This document shows positions 20,501 to 29,014 of a stretch of 31,441 nt of DNA, one piece after another; the stretch's first letter is position 1; each line of letters begins with the position of its first letter. Source of the stretch: Verrucomicrobiota bacterium (lineage in GTDB: Bacteria; Verrucomicrobiota; Verrucomicrobiia; Opitutales; JABSRG01); the NCBI GenBank assembly GCA_039034055.1, contig JBCCBL010000001.1, positions 1-31,441 on the forward strand. Reading direction: 5' to 3'. The notes beneath the pieces are model-generated. The model searched no databases. It was not told the DNA's origin and saw nothing but the letters and a program-made list of their open reading frames with translations. The translations under genes were made by a program, and so were the position numbers.

Positions 20501-20734
20501 GGCAATTGCGTCTATACTTGTGAACCACATGGCCCCGTCGGGGGCTTGGGCGAGTGAATTGGTTGCAATATTGTCCAGAAACTCAAGATGATCCCAGCGC
20601 CATGGCTCTAAGAATGGGTCTGTTGATTGAGGGAAGTATGGTTTAATGCCGTAAACCGAAGCGCATACTAGGATATGAGTGCAAAATAGCCTTATGTATG
20701 TGCCACGGAGTCTCATAACATGTGCTAATCGCAA
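17522..20734 (-). CDS. Sensor histidine kinase with periplasmic beta-propeller repeats, Y_Y_Y domain, TM helix, HisKA and HATPase
   Basis: Repeats such as APDGAMWF, SPDGNIW and GPDGTLW; YSWRLND...FLALEPGPYTLEVRS (Y_Y_Y); a TM helix; SHEINTP; NLISNALKY; DNGVGI; GSGIGL. The start could instead be the ATG at 20716. Confidence 0.92.
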   Translation of the reverse strand: MRLAHVMRLRGTYIRLFCTHILVCASVYGIKPYFPQSTDPFLEPWRWDHLEFLDNIATNSLAQAPDGAMWFTSIDAIARYDGLNLNIIDLRKGVLYPEDSGKKYPVRRIMVTRDGTPLFLYKYDLVAYKDGEFKILISNLESLTHRSTLHQSPDGNIWLNARRTLWRISPNLEDHEIVYSVKAPSSLVSCSDQDDNLWIGVFHEEEPSVIYQARIVNQGLEAKGRWILHKPPKNSSHNDDLIIKGLQDGTLAFASSSGRTLAQKYDPKIKKWSPIPLGKHSNSHYSILQTKEGQLLFGSAGVIAAYKASQAEIYRYTDLDIPISPLDIFESFDGRIWVLASHGGVYVIDPTFRNWKTLLGLHFQCEGMSENEWYISNDKRIVYFDKRHEQWFQFEPKDGVIDVPKRITKGPDGTLWALGSHSGKAAASFLDDANQWQTQSFPEIGAVIGKNSYTFLPDGRLVFTNGQAKAVSGTGGVAIIGKSKTNQFKLFEFLRAPKFPEWAYHIERTSDGRIWIANKTIHQIDLKQQTSEIIDKFPHGKTDALINDSNQSLWIAKGFRFGVWEKSPASEDWHAYGKPDGLASNRASGLLALSDGKILASSENGISQYDGHRWGDHAISEHFAITLWEGSEMRKDSNDSLWLNLGRSNTIKHRPNRLLQNLKYYTIRYKPESDSPETTIVSYQKSISPGGNAYVAWSGIDPWEQTHRENLEYSWRLNDTEWTFFSSKKNHTFLALEPGPYTLEVRSRDRNGNIELQPALITFKVDNYIWARPWFVGLVGTLIALTIALILVTIRWREQRLLNEKQRIEEREKHLQEIDQIKTGFVNNISHEINTPLTAMIVPLERITARIESDDRMKRRLTSVINNAHRVKRLVSQLLLFRDIEKGELKLELQIVDLAQLIRRTAESMQVIAEIHQTKLTLQTSNTFPAHTDPDAIEKILHNLISNALKYTQDAGEVIITLGPTDPKEEYPYIRITVEDNGVGISPEFKGYVFDRFYRVPEKSLIDGSGIGLNLTKKLIQQCGGTIEIESPIYESIERPGTRVSVELPRLPIPHKSTTKSESPELNPTP

Positions 20735-21034
20735 GATAAATCGGGAAACAGGAAACTGTCTTGAGTGAAGGGCCAGTGGAGGGTTCGTATCCCCAATTCT
20801 ATGTCTAGAAAATGTTACAAGATATCGATTTGCTTCTATCGTTCACTGGGTGATCACGAACCGGGGTATTGTGAGTCTCGATAAAGTTGGCCAGTTTAGA
20901 TGCAATATATGCGACACGAGATTGTCAATTTAAGTCGAAGATGCCACGGATTTATGGCATGAATTAACCAGGTTTTGGCGTGAAATGCCTATACTGTTGG
21001 AATATGGTGAAAGTCTTCGGCAGTGATTGAATAT

Positions 21035-21440
21035 CGTTTTTTATAGCGAAAGCCCCAGCGTCGCAAGATGCGTAGCAGTGTCGCGTGGAGAACGATTAAC
21101 TGCTTTTGTTGCTCTAAACGCGAACACATCTGCTTCAGTGTCACTCCCGGCGATTGTTTGATCCAGTCGGTGATCAAGGACCTAAAGGGATCGAGCTTGG
21201 AGCCCTCAGGTTTGCTTTTTTGAGAGCTTCAACACTGCCAGTATCTAAAAAGGCTTTATAGTATCTTTGGACACTGCGAGCACAACCCCTAAGGGAACAC
21301 TAATGTCAGCAGCGCTTTACCGAGCCTGTCGCATTCGCACAATCCGAGTTCGTAAATCTTCACTAATGGCTCGCATCTTATTTTGATGACATTGTAGTAG
21401 AAAATACAATACGCATATTTTTAAGCAGAATACCCTAATA
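21035..21440 (-). mobile_element. IS630-family transposase remnant (ORF A only, degraded)
   Basis: From the ATG at 21376: MRAISEDLRTRIVRMRQAR*, then frameshifted SVQRYYK...TGS and ITDWIKQSPGVTLKQM...LRRWGFRYKK (IS630 HTH/winged-HTH pattern). No DDE ORF B follows. The left end near 21440 is a guess. Confidence 0.75.
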
Positions 21441-21467
21441 TCGTAGCTCATCTAGGATTTTTATATC

Positions 21468-21500
21468 AAAAAAAGCACTGCATCTGTGTAGATGCAGTGC
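21468..21500 (-). terminator. Rho-independent terminator of the PEP-CTERM gene
   Basis: Perfect 11-bp stem gcactgcatct/agatgcagtgc with a 4-nt loop, and a 7-T tail on the minus strand. Confidence 0.85.
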
Positions 21501-21552
21501 CTTCAAAAATCGTAACACTGTGTCGCTTACGTAACCGTGTCTAGAAATTTTG

Positions 21553-22326
21553 TTAACTCGCTTTTTTCGAGCTTCTAAAGCGCATGATGCCAACACCTGA
21601 CGCTGCAATCAGAGCGAAGAGCAAGGCCTGGGTAGCAGGCTCTGGTATTGCGGACACTCCATCAATAGAGATTTGGTCAACGCGGAATCCACCGGCGTCG
21701 ATGGAGGTTGAGAATACAACATAACTCCCCACATCTGTAATAGATTCTGACTCACTGAATGATATGGTTGTGAGTCCGCCAAACTGGATGTAAGGTGCCT
21801 CAACTAAGGGATCGTAGTCTGAACCGTTATCAGTGCGATCCACGGCAAGTATACCTCCATCAGCGCGGCTGTCCTGAATTCCGATACCCGAAAAGTCTAG
21901 ATCAGTAATCCCGACAAAATTATCGAAAGTGATAAGCAAGCCTTCTTTTCTATCAAGGAGAAGTTGCTTACCACCATTTGCTACGACTCCCCAGCCATTA
22001 CCTCTGGTTAACAGCGGTGCTGTATCATCCGATGACAGGGACAGGTTAGTGTCGTCAAAGGACACACTAGAATATCCGGTAATAGTGACGTCAAAGCTGA
22101 AGGAATCAGGCGATTCCGCCAGTGATCCGACAGCATCGATACCTGTTTGGTTACTCGTAAACGCGCCGGAGCTGTAGCTTATGGTCGCGGTGAAGGAACT
22201 TTGGGATGCATTTGGATCGAGATTAGCAGGATCTGTGCTGCTGAGATCAAGTGTAATTTGCGCTAATCCAGTAGAGAGGAAACTACCAGAGAGAAATAGG
22301 ATTGAAAGAGCCTTATGCATTTTCAT
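21553..22326 (-). CDS. PEP-CTERM sorting-domain surface protein (copy A of the tandem family)
   Basis: Signal peptide MKMHKALSILFLSGSFLSTGLA; Ser/Thr/Asp-rich body; C-terminus IPEP, TM segment, then basic tail RFRSSKK. Start at 22326 or 22320 rather than 22398. Confidence 0.9.
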   Translation of the reverse strand: MKMHKALSILFLSGSFLSTGLAQITLDLSSTDPANLDPNASQSSFTATISYSSGAFTSNQTGIDAVGSLAESPDSFSFDVTITGYSSVSFDDTNLSLSSDDTAPLLTRGNGWGVVANGGKQLLLDRKEGLLITFDNFVGITDLDFSGIGIQDSRADGGILAVDRTDNGSDYDPLVEAPYIQFGGLTTISFSESESITDVGSYVVFSTSIDAGGFRVDQISIDGVSAIPEPATQALLFALIAASGVGIMRFRSSKKAS

Positions 22327-22416
22327 TGGGGGATTGTTTTGAGTTCGAGCAGGGAACTGAAAAACCTGCATATTATTAGAAATATACAGCAAAATCATTC
22401 AAGCCGCCCTAAAATC

Positions 22417-22441
22417 CCCGCCACTTTCAGGCTTAAATGCG
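22417..22441 (-). promoter_or_regulatory. Candidate cis-element upstream of copy A
   Basis: cccgccactttcaggcttaaatgcg matches 24251-24275 at 22 of 25 positions, at a similar distance from the paralogous start. Confidence 0.5.
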
Positions 22442-22596
22442 TCAATTGATTTTGCCCCGTCTCTCTCAAGGGATAACAAAGGCACGTCATCAATGAAAGA
22501 TGTGGAATCTTGGTACCCCGCGTCGTTTGTGTGTATCTTTTTGATAGTCGCGCTCCCAGCTTTATTGCCGGACGCGGATTGTATCATCGATCGCGC

Positions 22597-23145
22597 CTAT
22601 GGCTGCGTGGCCTGAGGCGCAGATTCTGGGATAGCGATTACGCCGTTAAGATTGGTACCGTCATCAACACGGTCCCTTGCAATCTTAGCTCTCGAGTCTT
22701 AGCTTTCTTTGATTCCTTCTCCTGAGAATTCAATTTCAGAAATCTCGACAAAACTATCGAACGTGATGAGAAGACCTTCGCCATCATCAACAAGAAGTTG
22801 CCGGTCACCAGTACTACCATTGATTCTCCATCCATTGCGCTAGGCGGCGATACCGCCAGGATTCGTCGTATCTAGAGACCGTATGTTTATATTACCATCA
22901 AAGCGACTGATAACAATTCGTGTATTGGTGACGTCAAAGCCGAATAAATCGGGCAGATCCGTTAATGATTCAGTAACATCGGTGCCACTCGAAAACGCGG
23001 CAGAACAATAATTTGTTGTAGAAGTGTAGGTCTCTGGTTTTGAAGTTCCAGTAAATCTAGTTGTGCCAAGATCAGGGGCAACCTGGGCGAACGCTGGGGC
23101 ATGCAAAGCACAGCAGGGAGCCAAGGATATCTAAAGGGCGTTCTG
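22597..23145 (-). pseudogene. Decayed third paralog (copy B) of the PEP-CTERM family
   Basis: Reading through stops at 22840-22842 and 22699-22701 gives FAQ...LTDLPDLFGFDVT...*RNGWRINGSTGDRQLLVDDGEGLLITFDSFVEISEIEFSGEGI...*...ARDRVDD...AIPESAPQA, colinear with copies A and C. The signal peptide is frameshifted. Confidence 0.85.
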
Positions 23146-23452
23146 TAGTTTAATCGAGGTGCTCAATCTGGGCTTGAGCGTAGATGTGTGATCTATACGA
23201 CTCAACCCGACTGACGAGACGATGCCTTCAACGATACGCTGAGACGAAGATCAGTGCGATTTCAAGTCTACATGCGTCAGCCAATTTCGCCCAGTTCTCT
23301 TACAGAAAGGCCAAGGGAATTCACTCAGGAAAGATGTCGAGCTTTTGACAGAATTCCTGATTATTCAATTTTTCCATCACGTAGACTCGATAAAAAAGTC
23401 ACGCGCTCCCGCAAACAGCTTCATTTTGGGCGATCCTATCTTCGATCACACT

Positions 23453-24151
23453 TTATTTCTGGGAAAGTTGGGCACTTGCCGCTGTAACGGCATCAAGGTT
23501 GATGCGGTCAAAGCGAAATCCACCGGCATCCTCAGGAGTTGAAAATACCAAATAGCTACTTCCGGACGCTGCCGAATCTGACTCGAAGAATGATATTTCG
23601 GCGAGCCCACCGCCTTCATAGTAGGTTTCTTCGGCTAACGGTTTGTATTCGCCACTGTCATCAGTGCGATCTACTGCAAGCTTACCTCCTGGGTGGCGGC
23701 CGTCTTGAATTCCTACACCGGAAAATTCGATTTCAGCGATCCCTACAAAATTGTCGAAAGTGATAAGCAAGCCTTCTTTTCTATCAAGGAGCAGTTGCTT
23801 GCCACCCTTTGCTACCACTCCCCAGCCATTACCTCTGGTTAACAGCCGTTTTGTATCATCCGATGACAGGGACAGATTGGTGCCGTCAAAGGACACGCTA
23901 GAATACCCGGTAATGGTGAGATCAAAGCTGAAGGAATCGGGCAAATTTGCTAACGATCCGGTTACATCAATACCGGTTTGACTGCTTTTAAACACGCCGG
24001 AGCTGTAGCTGATGGTCGATGTATAGGAACTTTGGCTTGGTTCTGGACCGAGGTCATTAGGATCAGTGCTACTAAGATCAATGGTGATCTGTGCGAATCC
24101 AACAGAGAGGAAAATGCCAGAGAGAGTGAGGATTGAAAGAACTTTCTTCAT
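23453..24151 (-). CDS. Secreted paralog (copy C) of the PEP-CTERM protein, lacking the sorting tail
   Basis: Signal peptide; aligns end to end with copy A (e.g. LLTRGNGWGVVAxGGKQLLLDRKEGLLITFDNFVGI); ends ...DAVTAASAQLSQK with no PEP/TM tail. Confidence 0.88.
   Translation of the reverse strand: MKKVLSILTLSGIFLSVGFAQITIDLSSTDPNDLGPEPSQSSYTSTISYSSGVFKSSQTGIDVTGSLANLPDSFSFDLTITGYSSVSFDGTNLSLSSDDTKRLLTRGNGWGVVAKGGKQLLLDRKEGLLITFDNFVGIAEIEFSGVGIQDGRHPGGKLAVDRTDDSGEYKPLAEETYYEGGGLAEISFFESDSAASGSSYLVFSTPEDAGGFRFDRINLDAVTAASAQLSQK
23754..23791. repeat. 38-bp exact direct repeat shared with 21923-21960 (within paralogs C and A)
   Basis: tcgaaagtgataagcaagccttcttttctatcaaggag occurs at both positions, inside longer high-identity stretches. 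Confidence 0.9.
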
Positions 24152-24250
24152 AGTATTCGGAGAAGTGGGTTAGAATTTTAATGGAGGTAAATAGCGGCTA
24201 CAGGTAAACATTGACCCTACCATATACTGATAATAGTGCGCATTTACATT

Positions 24251-24275
24251 CCCGCCATTTTCAGTCCTAAATGCG
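24251..24275 (-). promoter_or_regulatory. Candidate cis-element upstream of copy C
   Basis: cccgccattttcagtcctaaatgcg; second copy of the 22417-22441 motif. Confidence 0.5.
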
Positions 24276-24401
24276 ACGGCCATGCAGGTAATTACCTTGT
24301 TTTTTGAGATCAAAATCAGCTCCCGAGAGAACAGCCGGTCCGGCTACCGCAGCACAGGAGTGTTTAGAAGTTTGGTCTTGGAAGGCTTCATTTTCGAAAA
24401 C

Positions 24402-24427
24402 AAAAAAAACCGCATTTCTTAATGCGG
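24402..24427 (-). terminator. Rho-independent terminator after tpiA
   Basis: Stem ccgcatt/aatgcgg with a 4-nt loop, and an 8-T tail on the minus strand. Confidence 0.75.
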
Positions 24428-24455
24428 CTTTCACGGGTTCATCTGTTAAGAATTT

Positions 24456-25235
24456 TCAGGAATCTTGCGCTGCGGCAGCTTCGACAATGCCGGCGAAATC
24501 GCGGGCTTTGAGGGATGCGCCGCCAATCAGGCCTCCGTCGATGTCGGGCTGAGCAAGGAGATCGGGAGCGTTTCCTGGCTTCATGGATCCACCATAAAGG
24601 ATACGGATTTTCTCGGCAGTACTTGCGCCGAATAGCTCGATGAGCACCGCGCGTATTGCCGCATGAGTCTCTTGAGCCATTTCCGGAGTAGCCGTTTTGC
24701 CGGTCCCGATTGCCCAGATCGGTTCGTATGCAATGACAACCTGATCTGCTGAATCGGCTGCAACGTCAGCAAGGCCACCCTCTAATTGTTCTGAGACGAC
24801 TGCGGTGGTCTCGCCGCTTTCACGCTGTTCGAGGGATTCACCGACGCAGAGTATCGGTCGCAGGTTGGCTTCCAGAGAAGCAATCACCTTTTTATTCACA
24901 AATGCGTCGGTCTCACCGAAGTATTCGCGACGTTCGCTGTGTCCCAGGATGACAAACCCGGCGAATAGGCTGCGGAGCATTTCCGGGCTGACTTCACCCG
25001 TGAAAGCGCCCGATGGAGCTGGGTAGAGGTTTTGCGCACCGAGGTGAACATTGGAATTTGCGATCTGGCTAGCGACGGTTTCGAGCGCAGTGAAAGGCGG
25101 GCATACGACTACCGATACCGAAGTCTGTTGTCCCACTTCAGCAACGACTTCAGCAGCGAGTTCCTTGGCCTCTTCCGAGGTCTTGTTCATCTTCCAGTTT
25201 CCGGCGATGAGGTATTTGCGAGATGATTGGCTCAT
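24456..25235 (-). CDS. tpiA: Triosephosphate isomerase
   Basis: Motifs AGNWKMN, GHSERR, AYEPIWAIGTG, LYGGS and GGASL. Confidence 0.98.
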   Translation of the reverse strand: MSQSSRKYLIAGNWKMNKTSEEAKELAAEVVAEVGQQTSVSVVVCPPFTALETVASQIANSNVHLGAQNLYPAPSGAFTGEVSPEMLRSLFAGFVILGHSERREYFGETDAFVNKKVIASLEANLRPILCVGESLEQRESGETTAVVSEQLEGGLADVAADSADQVVIAYEPIWAIGTGKTATPEMAQETHAAIRAVLIELFGASTAEKIRILYGGSMKPGNAPDLLAQPDIDGGLIGGASLKARDFAGIVEAAAAQDS

Positions 25236-25264
25236 AGTTTGATTATGTAAAAAGTGCTTTGGCC

Positions 25265-26461
25265 TTATTTGGCCAGAGCAGCGACGCCAGGCAGTTCTTT
25301 GCCTTCGAGGAATTCGAGGGAGGCGCCGCCTCCGGTGCTCATGAAGGTGACTTGCTCAGCAAACCCACTCTTGTTGATGGCCGTGACAGAGTCTCCGCCA
25401 CCGATGATCGAAATGTTGTCACTCTGGGCAATCGCTTCGGCTACGGCAAAGGTGCCCTGAGCGCAGGCGGGGATTTCAAAGATGCCCATCGGTCCATTCC
25501 AAAGTACGGTTTTGGCTGATTTGACCGCTTCGGAAAAGACTTCGGCGGATTTGGGTCCGATGTCTACGCCTTCCCAACCCTCGGGAATATCGCCCTCTAT
25601 TATCTGGGATTCGGCGAAGGTGCCTGCACCGAAATCGAGGCCTTTGACGATCATGGTGTCCGATGGGAGGAGGAATTTCACCCCTTTTTCCTGGGCTTTT
25701 TTCATGGCCTCTTGGGCGGTCTCGATCTTGTCGGGTTCGCAGAGAGAGTCTCCGACGGTTTCTCCAATCGCTAGTTTGAAAGTGTAAGCCATGGCTCCGC
25801 CGATGATGATGGTGTCGGCCTTTTCAAGGAGTGTGTCGATGACCATTATCTTGTCGGAAACCTTGGCACCTCCGAGTATCACTGTGAAGGGACGCTCGGG
25901 ATTCGAGACCTTGTCTCCAAGGTACGCAAGTTCGCGTTCGATGAGTAGGCCACATGCTTTTTCTTTAACGAATTCGGCGATTCCAGCGGTTGAGGCATGG
26001 GCGCGGTGGGCGGTGCCAAAGGCATCGTTCACGTAAATATCAGCGAGTGCGGCGAGTCTTTTGGAAAGTTCTGGATCGTTTTTGGTCTCCCCCGGGTAGA
26101 ATCGCATATTTTCAAGGAGCACCACCGAGCCGGGCTCGGTGCTTTCAATGATTGCTTCAGTTTCGGGCCCCATTGCATCTTCGACAAACATGACCGGACG
26201 TTTCAGCTTATCGGAGAGGTCCGCTGCGACAGGACGCAGGGAATATTTGGGGTTGGGTTCGCCTTTCGGTCGGCCCAAGTGCGAGGCGAGGATGACGCGG
26301 GCACCTTTGCTGAGAAGGAGTTCGATGGTTGGGAGGGCGCCCCGAATGCGGGTGTCATCGGATACTTTGCCGTCTTCAGTGAGCGGTACGTTGAAGTCTA
26401 CGCGGACAAATACGCGTTTGCCGGCGCATTCGAGATCGGAAACCGAGGGTATTTGGGTCAT
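25265..26461 (-). CDS. pgk: Phosphoglycerate kinase
   Basis: Motifs RVDFNVP, SHLGRP, YVNDAFGTAHRAHAS, GGAKVSDK, WNGPMG and STGGGASLE. Confidence 0.98.
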   Translation of the reverse strand: MTQIPSVSDLECAGKRVFVRVDFNVPLTEDGKVSDDTRIRGALPTIELLLSKGARVILASHLGRPKGEPNPKYSLRPVAADLSDKLKRPVMFVEDAMGPETEAIIESTEPGSVVLLENMRFYPGETKNDPELSKRLAALADIYVNDAFGTAHRAHASTAGIAEFVKEKACGLLIERELAYLGDKVSNPERPFTVILGGAKVSDKIMVIDTLLEKADTIIIGGAMAYTFKLAIGETVGDSLCEPDKIETAQEAMKKAQEKGVKFLLPSDTMIVKGLDFGAGTFAESQIIEGDIPEGWEGVDIGPKSAEVFSEAVKSAKTVLWNGPMGIFEIPACAQGTFAVAEAIAQSDNISIIGGGDSVTAINKSGFAEQVTFMSTGGGASLEFLEGKELPGVAALAK

Positions 26462-26505
26462 GGTAAGAATCTGGAAAGAGATTTGGGCGTGCAGATTTTG
26501 AAATT

Positions 26506-26548
26506 AAAAAAGCCGGGAGGAAGGGCTTTGATTCTCCTCTCCCGGCTT
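26506..26548 (-). terminator. Terminator-like hairpin between gap and pgk
   Basis: 10-bp stem aagccgggag/ctcccggctt with a large loop and a T tail on the minus strand. It may allow differential gap versus pgk expression. Confidence 0.55.
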
Positions 26549-26575
26549 CGCATTAAAGCACTTCAGCTCGCTAAT

Positions 26576-27667
<1,092 letters not shown>

Positions 27668-27926
27668 TCAACAGGGTGAGCAAACGAATGCAAGACGTAA
27701 AACACCTATCAAAAAACGTCACCTGGGGCTGACCTAATCGTTGCCGAAACGCCGCGATTCTAAGACATGAAGCCACTTGAAGGGACCATGTCGGTGCGAC
27801 AATGTTTATGCAATGTGCTCTGATGAGACTCATCGCGAAAGGTTAGCCCAGCTCTCAGATCTGGAAATGTGTCGATTTGTGGGCCGATTTTTTATTGTTT
27901 AAAACCGGTAGATACCGTCTCTCAAC

Positions 27927-28565
27927 CTAAGACTGCTCAAAATAATTCACGATTACAAATAACGAGCCCGCACTGATCGAAACGTGGAGGGGAGTGTGCT
28001 GCAGCACATTGCTTTGTCCCAATTGTCCCTCTGGATTCATGCAGACGTTTTCGAGCTCCCAGTAGAGACCTTGAGTGGTCACTCCCTCAGCCTTGCTCAT
28101 TGGAATGAGGCTGATGGTGAGGCCCGGTCGAAATTGATCTGATTTGAAGGGACACTGTGGACTGACCCGATAGATACTCTGCTCAGCATCGTGGAATTCG
28201 AAGGAAACCTCAGGCCACTTTTCGGCAACGATCAAGAGATTGGTTAAGAAGTGATCTGCGCGTTTTCCAGTACCTCCGAGGATCACGATTCGGAGGTCCG
28301 GGGCGGGGTTTTCGATTTTGCGGAGGGCTTTTTGGAAATCGGTGGCATCTTGCTCAGGAGCGCGCATACACGTGTCTGCGTAGTTGCCGGGATCTCCGAT
28401 GAAGGAGTCGAAATCGCCTACCGCAAGGTCTGCCTTCAACCCCGCCTGTTTGAAGCTCTCAAGCCCCGAGTCTGCAGCGATGGAAAACTGAGCTCCGTCG
28501 AGGTGCTCCTTCAGCAATTCAGGATTTGGAGTCTCTCCCCCGAGGACAATGACAGCTTTTCGCAC
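27927..28565 (-). CDS. thiN: Thiamine pyrophosphokinase
   Basis: Motifs IAADSG, VGDFDS, QDATDF, GGTGKRADH, SLIP and TTQGLYWEL. Confidence 0.9.
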   Translation of the reverse strand: MRKAVIVLGGETPNPELLKEHLDGAQFSIAADSGLESFKQAGLKADLAVGDFDSFIGDPGNYADTCMRAPEQDATDFQKALRKIENPAPDLRIVILGGTGKRADHFLTNLLIVAEKWPEVSFEFHDAEQSIYRVSPQCPFKSDQFRPGLTISLIPMSKAEGVTTQGLYWELENVCMNPEGQLGQSNVLQHTPLHVSISAGSLFVIVNYFEQS

Positions 28566-28591
28566 CGTTGAATCAATTCAGCCGCTGGTAT

Positions 28592-29014
28592 CTAATATGG
28601 AAACAGAGCCTTAGTGCTTCCGGTGCTGATTTTCGAGCGATATTCCGCTGTTCCGGAGACTTGGATGATTGCTCCAGGCACCCAATTCCACGTAGCGCCT
28701 GCCAGGTAAATCGTCATGCTTCGACCGTTTCGAGGGACTCTGACGCAATCGCTGATCTGCGAGATTACCGTCGCGGCGATACGGTTTTCTTGCCCGTCGA
28801 TGATTTTTGCCTCTGCGTAGACGTGTAGGTGATTGTCCTTGTCGACGCGGACCTCTTGGATTCCGAGAATCCAGCCCGGGTTGGGGGTTTGTAGATCGAC
28901 ACAAATGCGATTGTTGGGGCTCACCGTTTGCCCGGCTTGCTTGGTCGAATTGCATCCTCCAAGAGCGATAGCGATAGACGCGATGGCGAGAGGGGTGAAA
29001 AGATTCCTGATCAT
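28592..29014 (-). CDS. Hypothetical lipoprotein
   Basis: ATG at 29014; signal peptide with lipobox LGGC; 26 nt upstream of thiN on the same strand. Confidence 0.72.
   Translation of the reverse strand: MIRNLFTPLAIASIAIALGGCNSTKQAGQTVSPNNRICVDLQTPNPGWILGIQEVRVDKDNHLHVYAEAKIIDGQENRIAATVISQISDCVRVPRNGRSMTIYLAGATWNWVPGAIIQVSGTAEYRSKISTGSTKALFPY

Noticed and set aside
22399-22835. Short ORFs 22399-22587, 22510-22725 and 22638-22835
   Set aside because: They are alternative frames over the copy B pseudogene and the promoter region of copy A, with no recognisable motifs.
23250-23360. Minus-strand frame LSKARHLS*VNSLGLSVRELGEIG*, vaguely like an AraC HTH remnant
   Set aside because: Too short and interrupted to distinguish from chance without a profile search.
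21923-23791. Repeats in the paralog array as a CRISPR array or diversity-generating retroelement template/variable pair
   Set aside because: They are coding paralog similarity without regular spacing. There is no cas gene or reverse transcriptase, and the differences are not visibly adenine-specific.
27810-27845. ctgatgag...cgaaa resembling a hammerhead ribozyme core, with gcaatgtgct complementary to agcacattgc in thiN
   Set aside because: Stem II does not pair, the required U-H cleavage site is absent, and the partner strand is about 190 nt away inside a CDS.
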